Source: Diplonema japonicum (Eukaryota; Protista; Euglenozoa: Diplonemea). Taken from it: a stretch of DNA of 64,000 bases. The first letter of the stretch is position 1; each line of letters opens with the position of its first letter. The notes under the pieces are model-generated. The model had not been told where the DNA came from and searched no databases. It saw nothing but the letters and a program-made list of their open reading frames with translations. The translations under genes were made by a program, and so were the position numbers. Of the stretch, positions 1-14,829 are shown one piece after another. The stretch is from contig OZ025649.1 in NCBI GenBank assembly GCA_964019335.1, positions 248,001-312,000 of the forward strand. The letters are read 5' to 3'.

Positions 1-2
1 GT

Positions 3-3000
3 GTACTAAGGCAGCGGGCGACAGATGAGCCTTCGAGACTGTGCGAGCACATTGCTGGGTTCCGAGATGAGGCACCCTTCGGTTTCAGCACTGGCCACTT
101 TGCTAAGCAGAGCGAAACAATTAAGGTTACATGCCCTGAAATCCTCGTTTGCAGGACTGCTGTTCTCGACTACTTTGAAGCCCTGCACGAAACCATCCCT
201 GCTGAGAAGGTGATCTTCATGTGGGAAGCAGGTCTTGACAAAGAAGCAGGTGCAACACGTCTCCTGTTCCAATTGTCGCGTTTCGAAGCCTTCCCTCTTG
301 TATCGCCACATGATTACCTCTACAGCAGCAGCGACCCGCACTATCTTATCATGAAGAACTTCCCAGAGTTCAAAGCCTACCGTGACATCGCTTTCTACTT
401 CAAGTACTTCATGAACACAATGCCAGGTGGCTTCCCCTCGATTGGGGAGTACACACAGTACCACGCCCAGCTGCACTGGGACTACGACACCTACAGGAAC
501 AAGTACCTTGTGAAGGCTTTCGGCAGAGCGCTGTCTCCCATCTCTAGGCCTGACAGGCACAGATGGCCGAGCTATGCCATTGCGTCGCGCTTCACGTACC
601 CTCAAGAGGCATACACAGAGGACGACATCTTGCATATCAAGTCACTCCCTTCGTTCGGAGACGTCATGGGCCAGAGAGACAGTGAATTGCTGCTGTCATA
701 CCTTACTGCCCCTTACATCAGGATACCGCTTGTGTTGCACTTCTTTGCGACTGAAGACAGGGTCTCACTGCTGAGAGCACCGTCGATGCAGCAGCTGCTT
801 GACTCGGTGCTGTTCGAACCAGGCAGGTACCAGAAGGTCATGCACACTGACGTGAGCCCCAAGCAGGTCCCGACCGAAAATGATGAACTGCTGGCAACAC
901 CATTCGGGCTGTTGATTAATGAACTGCAGCACTCGCCGGACGGTGTCGTGAAACCTCTCATGCAGCTCCTCAACCTGGCTATCGAGCTTGACTCCGGTAC
1001 TGTCATGAATGCCACCGCTGTCGATGTGATGCTGTACCTTGTGCGTCTCATAAGTCGCGTGTACAACTATTTGTGGTTCCTAATCGCGTTTTCCACAAAG
1101 AACGGTTCCTTCATCGCAGGATGGCAGGACCATGACCTCCGCAGCATCACACCTCTGGGCAAGGAGTGTATCTCGTCATTGAAAGTGTTCCAAAGACAGT
1201 TCCAGCGTGTGCTTGGAGAAAGGCTCTGCCCCATGCTGGAGACATGGACGGCAGAGGCCATGCAGCGCGTGACGGGAACTACTGCAGCTGGCACAACTGC
1301 GGTGAAGGCGACAGCTGAGATCGACGCCATCACAGTGCTTGTGTCAAAACTGCAAGCGCACATCGTGTTGGTGAGAAGGAACTCGCAGATATCTACAAAC
1401 GTTGCCTCCTCCATCCTGTCGAGCATCATCTTTTTGACACTGCGGCACACATGGAACACCAGCAAGCTTATTGTGCCTGAGACGGAGGTGTACGAAGTGA
1501 TGCAACTACAAAGAAGGAGACTCACAAATTATCTGTGCTCAGGCGGTCCGATGGTTTTGACAGAGGTCTTAGACGGTGTCGTCCGTGTCGCCACGTCCAC
1601 CGGCAGCAGGAAACCTCGTCCTGAAGACCCCACACACTCATGGGCCTTTGTTGCTGGTTACGCATCCCTTGGTCGATTCACACACCAGTGTTTGAACCCC
1701 AGGAAACTCGTCCATGCCGAAGGACCTAAACCGGAGCTGATCATTGATACCATGGGCGAGTGGTTTAAGAACAAGAGCGGTGCAGACATCAAATACGACG
1801 AGCGCCTCAAAGGTAAGACATATGGAATTTACTTCTCGGCAGAGTGGTGTCCTCCCTGCAAGCTTTTCACACCGTTGCTTGCAAGGTTCTATGAGAACTA
1901 CAAGAAGACCCATCCAGACTTTGAGATCGTGTTCTGCAGCAGCGACAGGGAACAAGGTGATATGGAGAAGTACTACCAGAAGGAGCATGGCGACTGGTTG
2001 TGCATCCCCTACGACGACTCAGACCGCAGGAAGTCTTTAGAACTACTGTTTGAGAATGACGGGATCCCGGCATTTGTTATCATCGGACCTGACGGGAAGA
2101 TGATCAACAAGGACGGCAGGGACAGAGTCTCTAGGGGGCTGAAGAAGGTGCTGGAGATGGGTTGGGAACGTCCTCCTCTGCCGGACTTCAACGAGGAGCT
2201 GAAAGACGAGGCAGGCGAGGTGGGCGTTCCTAAGATGCACTCTGCAGTGTCTTTCTGTGCGGAGTATGATAAAACGGTAGAGGTGAGCGTCATGACGTAC
2301 CAGTTCACTTTCAAGTCAGGCCATCTGAAGGCACTGCCGTCTACAATTGCGAAAAGCGAAGACGTCGTTTCTGTGTTCTTCGACACACCCAGCAAGCTAC
2401 GCACCATCCAGTGTGCCACTGTAGAAACTGCTGCGAACCGTAACTGGCTGCGTCTTGTAGGCAGGGATCATGACGTGCAATTCTGGAAAAGCGCAGACTC
2501 CAGGCTTGTCCTACCACAGTGTGACAGGGAATACCCAGAAGAGCTTGAGGAAAGCGAGAAGTGGATCCAACCCTTGCTGGACCCCATCAGGAAAAAATCT
2601 ATTGAGTGGATGGAGTACCTAATCTACATGCCTGAGAAGAAGCACGAGGAAGAGGAAGTGGCGGCTTACCTGGAGGCCATCGATTTCTTCAGTGGAGAGA
2701 AGGTTTTCGAGATCTACTGCTTCAAGCATCTCAAGACGGTCCACGTGTACAGCGTGTACTCCTACGGCAGGAGGCACTACAGGTCGCTTATCTACGCATC
2801 TGATTCGAGATACTGCTTGAGGTTCCTCCAACCGGACTCTAGCGACAGGCAAACGGCTAAACCTGCCGTTTTTACTTACGAGGCAGGCGACCTTTCTGAG
2901 AAGATGGAACGCACGAGGGATGCAGTCATCCTGAGACACATTGAGTGCAAGCTGAACAGGGCCGGCTGCGTCGAGCAGTTCATCCCTGCAAGACTGTTGT

Positions 3001-6000
3001 ACGGACTTCTCCCGCAGTGTTTGCTGAACACACATTTGTTCTGGCAAGATTCCCAGGACTGCCTGAGAGGTTACCCCATTCAGGAAGGCAAGTCTAAACC
3101 CCTCCACTTGCTCTTCGTGCAGTTGCGCGACGTGAACTTTAAGCCCCTACACGAGTCTTTTACCACTGCCAGGGTCATCAGATACGCTGAGGCCGCAAGT
3201 TGCCCAAGAACCAAAGACAGGAAGAAGCTGAGGGAGAAGGCTCAGGCGGCTGACCTTCCCGACATGGAAGAGGTGGAGATGATCAGAACGTCTACCATGG
3301 CAAGCGATCAGCTAGCACGGGAAATGACTGACGACTTCGGCAGGCAGACGTCGTCGTTCAACATGGACGGGGAAAACGAAAACAAACCGAAGCCGTCCGC
3401 ACAAGCGGAGGACCAGGACCTGCTTCTTCTGAACTTACTCCATGCCAGGGAGGGCACTCCACTCTACAGTCTAGCACAGTTGCTGACACGCATGGAGGAC
3501 CTGAGTCATATCCTGGTTTGGACGAACGACCTCAGCTTGAAGGACGGGCAGCCAATCGATTTGACATGGGTGCACATGCCAAGACTGAAACTGTCGTTCA
3601 AGGGAAGAGCCACTGCACAGGGAACCATCCTCACGTCCTTGGACCACGCGCACTTGTACGTCTCAAACTTCAGGAACGAGCTAACCGTGAAGCTTATCCA
3701 AGGCGCGCCACACTCGCTGCTGCTCCAAGACGTTAACGGCGAGATGTCAGTCTTGGTCCCAGCCTTCGGTCTGGTGCGACCAAGCATCACAGACAACCCT
3801 TTCACTACGGATCTCATCATTAACAGAGCCGACGAGGCGTGGCTTAACAACTGCGACACACGCTACTTCTTATATCCTGTTCACGTATCGTTGTCGTTCT
3901 TGCTTACACCTACATTGGCTTCTTCCCTGTACCTGCTGCTCATCAGATTCTTAGGTAGATTGTACGATGACTCCTTCCGTCTTGCAGGGACTGTCGGCAC
4001 TGATGCGTCCCTTACCACACAGGAGGCACAGATCTTCGATCTCATCGGCACAGTGCAGGACGTCCACCCTGAAGCTCACGCATGCAGGGCAAGAATCAGT
4101 CTCCAGACTGTTGACTCTCCTTTGGAACTCAAGTGGTACGTTCCTTCTGAGGTCTTCGACTACCTGATGAAGCGAAGCAAGGTCGCTGCGACATGCAGAC
4201 TTAGTCAACAGGAAGAGTCTCTCCTCATGTGGATCACTGACGTAACTACTAAAAAGATGGCCATCATGCAGGAGCACATCAAACGTGACAAAGGCCCTTG
4301 GTCTATGGTTACGAACAGAGTGCAGTCGGGATTCACCGCCGTGCTTGAAGGAACCGTCAACGAACGCCGTCTCGTGAAGGGGTTCATCAACGGTGTCCAG
4401 AGGGCACTGCGTGAGGAGCTGGGGTTAAGATGCCCATTCAATGAAATGGTGCGCGTCTGCAGGATGTACATTTTGCATCAAGGGGACATCGAGATGTGCA
4501 AACGTGAGTTTGTGAAGTGTCTCCTTGCTAATCATGTACGGTACGTCAAAGCCGAGGAAGAGGGCGTGTCTACTGCACAGGTGGAGGTGCCTCCCCTTGG
4601 GAAAGATCCTTACTTCAACTTTGAAGCTCACTACGAGAACCTGAAGGAACCCAAGCCGGTGCGTATCACGGGTCACACCTTTGCAAGGCAGATCAGAGGC
4701 TTCGACGTTCTCAGCCGCATCAGAGACACCCAAGCAGTTTGGGTTTCCGAGCAGCGTGTCGACATCTGCGGTAACTCGAGGCCATCAACCTCCTTCCTCT
4801 TCTTCATGGAGCTGCTAACCGGCGAGACTGTTGTCAAGCTGCGCAAGGAGACACTTGAAGGAAAGTGTTTGGTGTGGTTGTTGATGCCGTACTGCTACTA
4901 CTGCAAGGAGCCGAAGGACAGGAAGTGGGATGTGCAGAAATACCTTATCGCGGCGCTCCAGGCCATTAAGCATGACCCCAACCTGCTGGAAAAACTGCCA
5001 TTGTGGGCACCCGACAGGAAGGATAGAGAAATAAGGTCATGCAGAAACTGGAACGACAGTGTGGTGGCCTTCGCTGCCTTTATGCGCGACTTCCAGTGGA
5101 AGCTGCAAGAGGCCTTCAAGGAAGGAACTCTCTTGAAGCCTGCTGACCCGAATGAACAAAGGAAAATCCCCGAGTTCAGGAAATCCATCGATGTGGTGCT
5201 GAAGCCTGCGGAACGTAAGAACAAAAACACTGCTCTCCTTCAAACATCATGCCTCCCCTCTCTCAGCGACTCTGCGTGCAGGTCTCGCAGGCTCAACCCC
5301 GTCATGCTCAGAGACGAGATGGAGGTGTCCTTGATATGCGAGCCAGACCAGCTTGCTTCCTTCGCCGGCATGCCTCTTGGTATTGTTCCTGAAATGCTTC
5401 AGAACATCGAGACGCTGGCGAGGAAGCAGAGAGGGCTGTCTGAAGTCGTCGGGCAACTGCCGTTCGATGTTGCCAAGCATCCCTCGAGCCATAGTGAGGT
5501 TGCGCAGCTAATGCTTGACAGGCTCCACGACGACATGGCTGCCTATGCTAGCAAGGTGAACAGCGAGGAAATCAGTGTCCTGAAGGACCTTGGTGTAGCA
5601 TCGCAGCTGAGGAACATCGTTACAAACCACACGACTGTAAATAACATCATCGACAGGCTGCTGCTGCTGAAGAACAAAGTGGCCAAACTTCACAGTGCCG
5701 ACACCGATTTCCTTGAGAAAGCAATCCCAATGCTCCTGGAGAGGGCAAATAACGTGTCTGCCGACCAGACCGACTCAGCAGCCCTTGCTTTCCAGTTACG
5801 TAGGTTCAGCAAACTGGAAGTTGATATGTGGCTGGAGTATCTCCTTGGGTCTCTCATCAGCTCGGACCTGAAGGGCGACCTGACCAAGCTCAACCCGTTC
5901 CTAACCGACGAGGCTGTGGAAGAGGTCACACAACTAACTATCCTGACAGTCTTGGTGACAAGCAGGGTGGGCCATGCGAATAAAGCACGTGAGGAGCTCA

Positions 6001-9000
6001 GTGGCATTGTGGAGCTGTTGGAGAGCATCAAGGAGCACCAGGATGACATGATCGTGGCGGGATCTGCACAGGAAGAGAAACTCCTTGCTAGGCTTGCGGC
6101 ACTGCAGCAGAAGAACGGTGCTGTAGCGCGAACCCTGACCATGTCGCGCAACTACCTGTCGAAAGAAAAAGCCGACACTTACCTGTTCGACCCACGGTTC
6201 ATGCTATTCGAATTCACGTGGAATATTGTGCTGAGATCTTCGCAGATCACAATGGTCAACAACTTCGTCGCTTCTCTGAAGGCGGGCAGAAGCCATGTCA
6301 AGCAGATGATCATGGGTGCCGGGAAAACCACTGTTGTGGGTCCGCTTGTTGTGCTCATGTCTGCTGACGGCAATGCGCTTTTGATGCAAGTTGTACCGCC
6401 TTCGCTTCTAGACTTCTCGCGTGGAGTCCTCAGATCGACATTTGCCTGTCTCATCCCTAAGCAGATCTACAGCTTCGTGTGCGACCGTACAGCAGAGATC
6501 GACGCCCAAGTAGTGAGCAAGTTCCGCCGTGCTGCACGTGCAAGAGGTGTTGTTGTCACCACACCATCGTCCCTGAAGAGTATCTACTTGAAATTCATTG
6601 AGGGCTTAGAGAGGATCGAGGACAAAGCCCGTCCCCCGCCTCCGCCAGAACACGAAACTGAGACCAGGGATCTGAAGAACCTCCTAACTCTGTGGAGAGA
6701 CCGTGGTGTGCTTGTCATGGACGAAGTCGACTTGCTGCTTCACCCGTTGAAATCCGAACTCAACTTCCCCATCGGGGAAAAACACGATCTGCCGCTGGCA
6801 CCTGTAAGATGGAGGCTGCCTATCCATCTCCTTGACGCTGTATACCACCACAAACTGGGCAGGATCTCTGTTGCTTTCAAGGATTCTCCCAAAGCGAAAA
6901 AGATCCTTGCTGATCTTGATGCAATTCTGATGCACGGTTTTGAAAATCGTGCCCTGCAAGACACCCCTCACGTCATCTTGTTGAACTTGGAGTTCTACAC
7001 ATCAAAGATCAAGCCCATTATGGCTAGGTGGCTACACCTGTGGCTTGAGTCCCATCACAACACCGCTCTCAGCGAGGAGGACACGGTCACCTACTTGAGC
7101 AACCCCGAGAAGCGTGTGCTGATGAAGAGCTACGTCGAGGCGAAGGTACCTAAACACGACATTCAGTTGCTGAACTTAGGTTACGACTGGTTGCATGCAT
7201 TCCTTCCCCACGTCTTGCAGAAGATTGATCGTGTGTCTTTCGGTATCATGACACCCTTCGACATTGAGAGGGCTCTTGAAGATAACCCGCAGATGCCCAG
7301 GTCTAGGATCAAGCTTGCCATTCCTTTCATCGGTAAGGACTTGCCCAGCCAGAGCAGCGAGTTCGCACACCCTGACGTTGTCATCGGGCTGTCTGTTTTG
7401 GCATACAGGTATGAGGGCCTGCGTGAGAGCGACTTCAACGATGTGCTGAAGCAGGTGCAGTCCAGCGTGGAGAAAGAGGTTGGAAAGTACTCGCAGAGAA
7501 AGACAAACAAGATGTACGAACGTTGGATCGAGGCGGCGAACGGAAAGCTCATGCAGCGCTTCGACTACCAAAAGGGGTCAGGGAGGGAGATGGAAGAGGT
7601 CGACACAGACTTGGTCAGGTCCAACTCTTACGAAGACCGCATCAACCCTGCTAAGGCCCATGGCATCGCGCTGGCTGCTTATGCAGGTGTGGTCGCCATG
7701 GTGAGTGACGCTTTGTTTGTTGAGGTGGTTCCCTTGAGGAAGCTGAAACAGAGCAACCGCGAAGAGGTCGACAAGCTATTCAAGCTCTTGAGGCTTACAC
7801 CTGAAGTCATCCACTGGTTCCTTGAAGAGATCATCTTCCCAGAGTACATGAGGCACCAAATCACAAAACTGTCTGCATCTGGTCAAGAGCTCGGTAGCAA
7901 TGTCATCTTCAAGTCGAGGATCGGGTTCTCTGGTACACCTAGCGACTTGCTTCCTGTGGAACTTGGTCGTTGTGACTACGAAAAGTGCACTGACGGTCAG
8001 CTTATCCACACATTGGCTAGCACAAGTACTGTGTCCTACCACTTGCTTGATAAGGGTTGGACTGTGCAGAGCGTGCTACAGGGTATCGCTTCACAGCAGC
8101 CTCCTTTCCATGCTCTAATTGACACCGGCGCCCTCATCACAGGCATGAGCAACCTGGAGGTGGCGCAGTTTTTCATGTCTGAGGGCAGGATGCCACAAAT
8201 GGAGGGTTGTGTGTTCCTTGATGAGCTGGACAGGAAGATGATCTTGGTGAGAGCAACAGGCAGAGTCATCAAGCTCGAGGAGTGCGGTATCCCCAAGTTG
8301 AAGAGGTTTACCTTCTACGACCAAGTGCACACTACCGGGTTGGACGTTTCGCATACGCCAAATGCGCAGGCTGCTTTGACGCTGGGCAAAGATATGACCT
8401 TCAGAGACTTCGCGCAGGGAGCTTACAGAATGCGAGGCATCGGAACGGGGCAGACTGTCGACCTCATCATCATCCCGGAAGTGTACGATCTCATGATCAG
8501 AGAGCTCGCACTGGCAGGGATGACAGTGCCGCACAACCCGCCACCTGACTCTGCGATGTGTTTAGAGGATGAGATCACCAAGCAAGTGTTGGTCGCGACT
8601 GTTGCATGGCTTATGGTGAATTCGATGAGGACGGAGAAGCTGCAGTACAACCAGCTCTGTATCCAGAAGATCGCCAACGTGTACCGCAAGTACGCCTTCA
8701 ATGTGCTGATGGACAACGACAGAGAGTTCTCGCTCACTTCTGGGGTCATGCCGAAGAAGTACACCCTGCAAGCCCTCAACATCTACAGAGAACCCATCGA
8801 TTTCAACCTCCCTGACGTGGTGCCTCAGGATGTGCTGTTCTCCGATGTCCTGCAAGGAATGGTCGACCATGAAGACCCTCCGCACAAGGAGTTCATCCCG
8901 CAGTCGGACTGGCCGGTCATCAACAAGGTTATCAGTGAGGTCAAGAAAGAGAAGGCCAAGCACCAAGAAAACCACGATGTGCAGATGGTCCAAGAACAGG

Positions 9001-12000
9001 AGGAGGAGAAGGAAGAAGAAGAAGAGAAGGAAGAAGAGAAAGAGATCGAGATCGAGAAGTACATTGACCTTGTCTATTCGCGCGACGGAGAGGAGCCTAC
9101 CCCATGGTCCGTGGAGCTGCTGAAATCCAAAGACGACGCGATGCAGTTCTACCCCATGACGGAGTTCAAGCTGTACAGGAGGAGGAACGTGACATTCCCC
9201 GACACGCTCATGACGTCCAAGAACTTCTTCGACACAAGGTGGGGTGGCGAAAGGCGTATCAAGAACGTGATCTGCGTGATGGACTGGATTCCCGACATCG
9301 CCAACATACCTATCAAGGACAGGCCCAGCCGCGACTTCGGCGAGCTGGAGGGCACACAGTTCCAGGAAACGATTAAGCTGTTCTCCCAAGACAGCAAGTG
9401 CGACCTCGGCCTTGCGTGCGAGCTGTTCAAAATTGCCCTCGGCATCATTCCAAAGCCGAAAGAGGTTCTGGACGAGGTCATGGGCGGACAGGAGATCTTG
9501 CCAATGGAAGGAGCTCTTGCAGCTTTGAAGAGCAACACTCTGAGGTCGGAGCAGAACAACCGGTACTCTGTTGCCCTAGCTTTATGCGAGGCTGAGACGA
9601 TCAGGAGGATCATGCACGTGAAGGGAAGGAGCGGCGAGTCACTGCTTGCGTCGTCCCCCAACACTGCTGTATCCTTGCGATGCGTTCCTTCAGGTGGCGT
9701 GTTGCTAGACAAGACGGCAAACTTCCCCCAAGAACCGAAGAAGAGAACCTACCAGACCGACAAGTCCCAGGTGTGCTTCAGGTACTTCGATGGTGAGATG
9801 CAATATGACGATAGCCAGCTGAACTTGTTGCTGCGTTCTTTGCACGCTTCTCCTCCTTCGCAAAGGCTGGTGTTCTTCCAGCAAGTGGTAGGCTGCAGAA
9901 GAAGAGGCACTGTGTCGAGGTGGGACGCAACACCACTCAGTAAGGTGTGCAGGCTGCGTGATTCCTACGCCTTGCTGCACCAGCGTGCACTGGGTACCTG
10001 CATGTGTCGTGAGATCGAGAAGAGAGATCTATCCCTGGGCGAAGCGTTCACGTGCTTTAACAAATCAGGCTCCGGTGTGCTGTTGCCAAGTGAAGTGTGG
10101 GGTGCCCTGATGTGGCTAAACATCCAGGTTTCCTCGACACAGGTGCTTGAGTTCATTCAGGCCGCTGATACCATTGGTGACGGCAACCTGGCATACCCCG
10201 ACTTCCTGGCCATCACGACAGGAAGACAGGACGAGGAGGATCTCCCTGATGACGGTGAGGGTAAAAACTTGCCTGTTGTTGATCCGCTTGGCGAGGACCA
10301 GTTGAGGAATGAGGCAACGGCGATGCGTGCCAAGACTCAGCAGGACAACCTTGAGGCCATGACACTAGAGGAAGAAGCTGACCGTGCTGCAGAGAAGAAG
10401 GTCTTTGAAGCTGAAGATGCAGCCTTCAAGGCGGCGGGACTCACGCCGAACCCACACTTCGTGGAAGCAACGAACTCCATCATGTTCGACTTCAACAGCG
10501 AAGCGCTTCCGCGTCACGTCCTGGCGTATGGCAGAGCCTTCCCAGTGAAGGAAAAGTTCGTGAACAAAGACCTGAAGGAAGAGAACCATCACGTTGGTTG
10601 GGATCTAGGTGCAGAATCGTTCTTGAAGGTGCCCCTTCGTTTGGTGGAGAAGCAGAGCGAGAAGATAGAAGAGGTGGACTACGGCAGCGACTCAGACGAT
10701 GGGATGGACGAGGTGCCAGCTACCTTCCTGCTCCATGCCCCACATGCTGTGGGCTTTGAAGGCATATACACGATCTCAGAAGATTCCGTGGCTGATCCCT
10801 CGTTGCCTCCGACATGGATCAACAACGATAAATACCTGTTCCTTGCGTCAGGCGGGTCGTGGATGATAGGTACTGGTATTGAAGCAAAAGAATCGAATTC
10901 GGGTAGGATTCAATCTGTTCACAAGAGCTTCGGTCTGCTACCACACAAGATCAAAGAATGGAAGAGAGCTGAGGGCGCAGGGAACGACTCCATTTGGGAC
11001 GAAGACGAAGACATCTTCTTCTGCACAGCTATCACAGAAGAGATCCCCATCGCCAAGACTCTTGAGTTTGCGGTTACAGGTGCACCCGATGTCATCAGCA
11101 CGCAAATCAACGGCATCTTCACGAGGTTCACGCCCTCGGCGGAGGAGGTGAGCCGTGAGATTGAGTACAAGTACGTGCGTGCTAACGGTGGTTCCACTGT
11201 GTTCTTCCAGCACGGTAGATGGAAACTGATTGACAGCCTGAGCACAAATACGCACCTCTTCTCGAACACAACACTGGTTGGTGAGTGGCGTGCCGACCTT
11301 AACCATGACAAGGATTTCAGGGCTAAGGGTCGCCCGTACCCACGCATCTACGTTTCGCGTGAGCAAAAGGACGAAGAAACTATTGCAGCGTTCAGGGAGA
11401 ACCTCGTTCCTGAGGTGAAGACGGGCTTCAGAGATTGGTCCTTCACGTGTGCCATTCGCTTCCCCACAAGGCGTGCTCTATCCGAGGTTTGTCTTGCACG
11501 AGTGTCACCTGGTCTGGTTGTTCTCATCTCTCATGAGGGTGTCATCAGGTGCTCCACCGAAGAGAAGGTCAAGCTCACTGCCAGAAAGAACGAGGATGGT
11601 GACAGCGGGCGCAACAAGGTTGTTGGCTTCATGGGCTTCTCTGCTGACGCGATGGCAGGCTTCGGTGGATATGGAAAGGACTATGAAGAGCAGGCCACAA
11701 CCAACGAGTACGGGGGTAACAACTACGGGTGGTCGTCGTTCTGGGACATCTGGGGCGAGGCGAAGAAGGCTCAGGAAACCGAGACGGAGCTTGACCCTGA
11801 GGAGGTCAAGGAAATGCTCGGGCTCCTTGCGGAGATGGACCCTGACTTGCTTTGCAGCGATCTTATGAAAGAGTATGCCAAGAAGGCAAAGGATGAGAAG
11901 GCAGCCAACAAGCACAAGCGTGACTTGAAAAAGAAGGAGGACGAAGATGAGAGCGAAGATGAGAAAGAGGAAGACGAGAGCGATCTGTCTGAGGAGGACA

Positions 12001-14269
12001 TGGAGATTGATGAAGTGCACGCTACACGTGTGGCGTTGGATGACGGCGACTGGCACATCGTGACGGTGGCAATTAGTGAGAAGGAGGCACTTGGCATTAC
12101 TGACGAAGAGGTGCTGCCGCTCAAGGAAAGAATGCACCGTGCTGTCAAGGACTGGAGGAACGACAAGAAAAACGGTGATGGCGGAATGGTTCCTGAAAAT
12201 GTAACGTTCCTACTGAATGAATTCACGTCTGGACAGAAGACAAGCGACAAGCACGATCTTCTAAGCTACGGCTACACGGGGCTCAGACACAGATTCCTGG
12301 CCACCGACAGAACCCCAGCGGATCTGTACTGGGACAGAGCTGAGAAGGACATTGTGATCGACAACAAGGGGAAATCCATTCATATTGCGAAGGTCACGCA
12401 GAATTCTTTCCACACCTGCCTTGCGAGTTTCGGCATCTCAGCTGGAAGGATGCAGTGGGAGATCAAGCCCGAAAAGTACTGCTCGAACGTGAAATTTGGT
12501 GTCTGCACTGAGGACATCCTGCTCTACGTATGCAACCATCACCACAACCACCTCACTACAGGAAAACATGTACAACACTGACAATGATGCTTCAAAGAAG
12601 GCGCTCATCTGGTACAATGGTGGATACATCTTTAAGGGCCTCACGAACAGCGACTCTTGCTACGATTCGGATAAATATACGTATGTAGTTACATCACTCG
12701 CAGTCACCTTTCTCAGGTTCAGCACAAAGAACACACTGAGGTTCAAGCTCAACATGACTGAGCGTGTTCTAGAGCTTTACAAGGATGATGTTAAAGTGCA
12801 CGAAGTCCGCGACCTGCCGGAAGGAGTGAAGGTATGCTGTCTGCCTTTTGGTAGCTCACAACATTACAGTTGTTCCCCTTCGCTTGCTTCGAGAACCAGC
12901 GTGAGGGCTGCACCATCAAACCGATCAGGCCCGATGCCAATGACGACGACAACAACGTTGTGACTGTCATGAAGGCTTTCATCGACGGCATGAAGGTGGA
13001 GGTTGAAAAGCAGCCTCGTATCCCTCCCACTAGACTGACCATCGAACACGGGTTCCAGCTCTTTGGTGGCGACAAGGTCAGTGCGTTGCATATGAACGGT
13101 GGTGTCTTGAAGGATCTTGAAGTGAAGATTGGTGTGCACCAAGAAGCAGAGATCCAGGTATGGAAGGAGACAATCACGTCACCAACACACAGTCCACACA
13201 CACTACTATCGTCCAAGAGTTCAAGAGACTGGAAGAAGAAAAGGAAACCAACTCCGAATTACTCCGCAAGAAGCAGGCCAAGGAGAAAGAGGCCATGACA
13301 CGCGGTGGAGAGAACGACCCTGACGCAGAGGACGACGAGGGGGCTGTGAAGAGAAGGAACAAGCTCATCGTTGCGAATCCGAAAGACGACAAAGCACGCA
13401 AGGCGAGGATGACGGCGCTGCAACGCTGGAGACGCCAAATCGTGGGCGACGACAAGGTGAAGGGCAAGGAGAGAGAAGATAAGATGATCATGGAGAAGTT
13501 GCAGAAGGTGTTGGACATGAAACTTCAGCAGGTCGACGAGGAATACGAAGTAAAGAAGAAGCCGATCGAGAGGCAGATGGAAGTTCTGCAGCTGGAGCGC
13601 GACCATGCGTCGAACCAAGGGCTCTCGACCACAGCAATCGATGAGAAGATCGAGTCGTACCAACACAGGATCACCATCATGGACAAGCAGAGACAGCTCA
13701 ACAAGCAACCAATCATGGAGAAGAAGGACATGGTCACTCTGAAGTACGTGCACATTGGAAACGAACATGAAACGGACCGCGACTACCAATCGTGCAGGCT
13801 AAAACAGCAGATTGTGCAACACAAAGACTCGAAGCTTGCCTTCCAGTCGGATATCAAAACGACAAACATTAGGTTTCAGATGCAACAGCTGCAGCGGCAG
13901 CTCAACAATTTGCTGTCAGGGTCGCCTGACTGGGAGCGTATTTCTCACCAAATTGCGGCACTGGAAGCAAAAGAAAAGAGGCTGCAATCACAGTCCCAGA
14001 AAGAGAGGTTGAAATACGGGAAGCTTTCGCAAGCTCTGGCCAAGGAACTGGATAAACTGGCCATCTCGAAAGAGAAAGCAGAGCGCGAGAGGAAACGAAA
14101 GGAGGAGGAGAAGCAGAAGGCGGAACAAGGCTTCTCTTCTGACGAGGACTCCGACTCGGATAACGACTTCTCTTTCTTCAGACGACGCACTCCAGAGGAA
14201 CAGCGACGCAGGGCGAAGAAGCGACAAGAGAAGAAGGACAAGGTCAAGGCACTTTACTCTGTTGTGTGA
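3..14269 (+). CDS. Giant multidomain protein, 5'-partial: WCPPC thioredoxin-like insert, DUF3638/DUF3645 SF2-helicase-like core, EF-hand pair, SPRY domain, coiled-coil tail
   Basis: Frame is open from base 3 (gta cta agg cag...) into ORF 210..12581, so the start lies upstream of the window. Four GT-AG introns (12528-12561, 12681-12716, 12832-12869, 13158-13192) join the track ORFs in frame to the stop at 14267-14269. Motifs: YFSAEWCPPC (~1830-1859), QMIMGAGKTT (Walker A, ~6303-6332), VMDEVD (~6714-6731), AIPFIGKDLPSQSSEFAHPDV (DUF3645-like), GFSGTP, QGAYRMRG, EF-hand loops (~10044-10208), SPRY-like WEIK...KFGVC...LFPFAC. Confidence 0.9.
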
Positions 14270-14829
14270 GTGTGAAGACAAAAATGTTTGAAAGAGAAAA
14301 GAAAGAACAAAAATTAAAAAAAAGGGAACAAATGATAACAATGAAATTTTATCCCCCCCCCTTCCTTCCTTCCTTCCTTCCTTCCCCCCTTTCCCCCGAC
14401 GCGATTGAGCGACGTACCAATAACAGAAAGTTTATCTGTACCAACGTGTTCCCCTTTTTATTTCAAGCACGCTTTATCCCTATTTCCTTATTCGTACCGA
14501 TTAACAAGAGGGGTAAGTGGCTCGTTCCTTTCCTTTCCCCCCTCCCCGGTTCTTGTAGCCGGGGTGCCCCTTGATACTGTTTTTTTTTTCTCCCTCTTGC
14601 CATGTTGCTTTTTCCTTCTTCACGGCGCATGTCCCCCTAAATGAATCCCCCGTACTTTTAGTCTCAACTTTACCCTAGCCTTACTCCTTTACTCTTTGCA
14701 CTTTAGTTCCTCTCAACATTTTTTTTTAAACACATTTATGGTTTTTGGGCGGGTTATTTTTCTCTTTTTTTATTACTTTACTATTGGGCATTCACCTTGA
14801 CTCCCCACCACAGGCAGCCGCCAAATGTG

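Noticed and set aside
12581-13298. Apparent frameshifts or pseudogenisation at the ends of many ORFs
   Set aside because: All are resolved by canonical GT-AG mini-introns that restore frame and conserved motifs.
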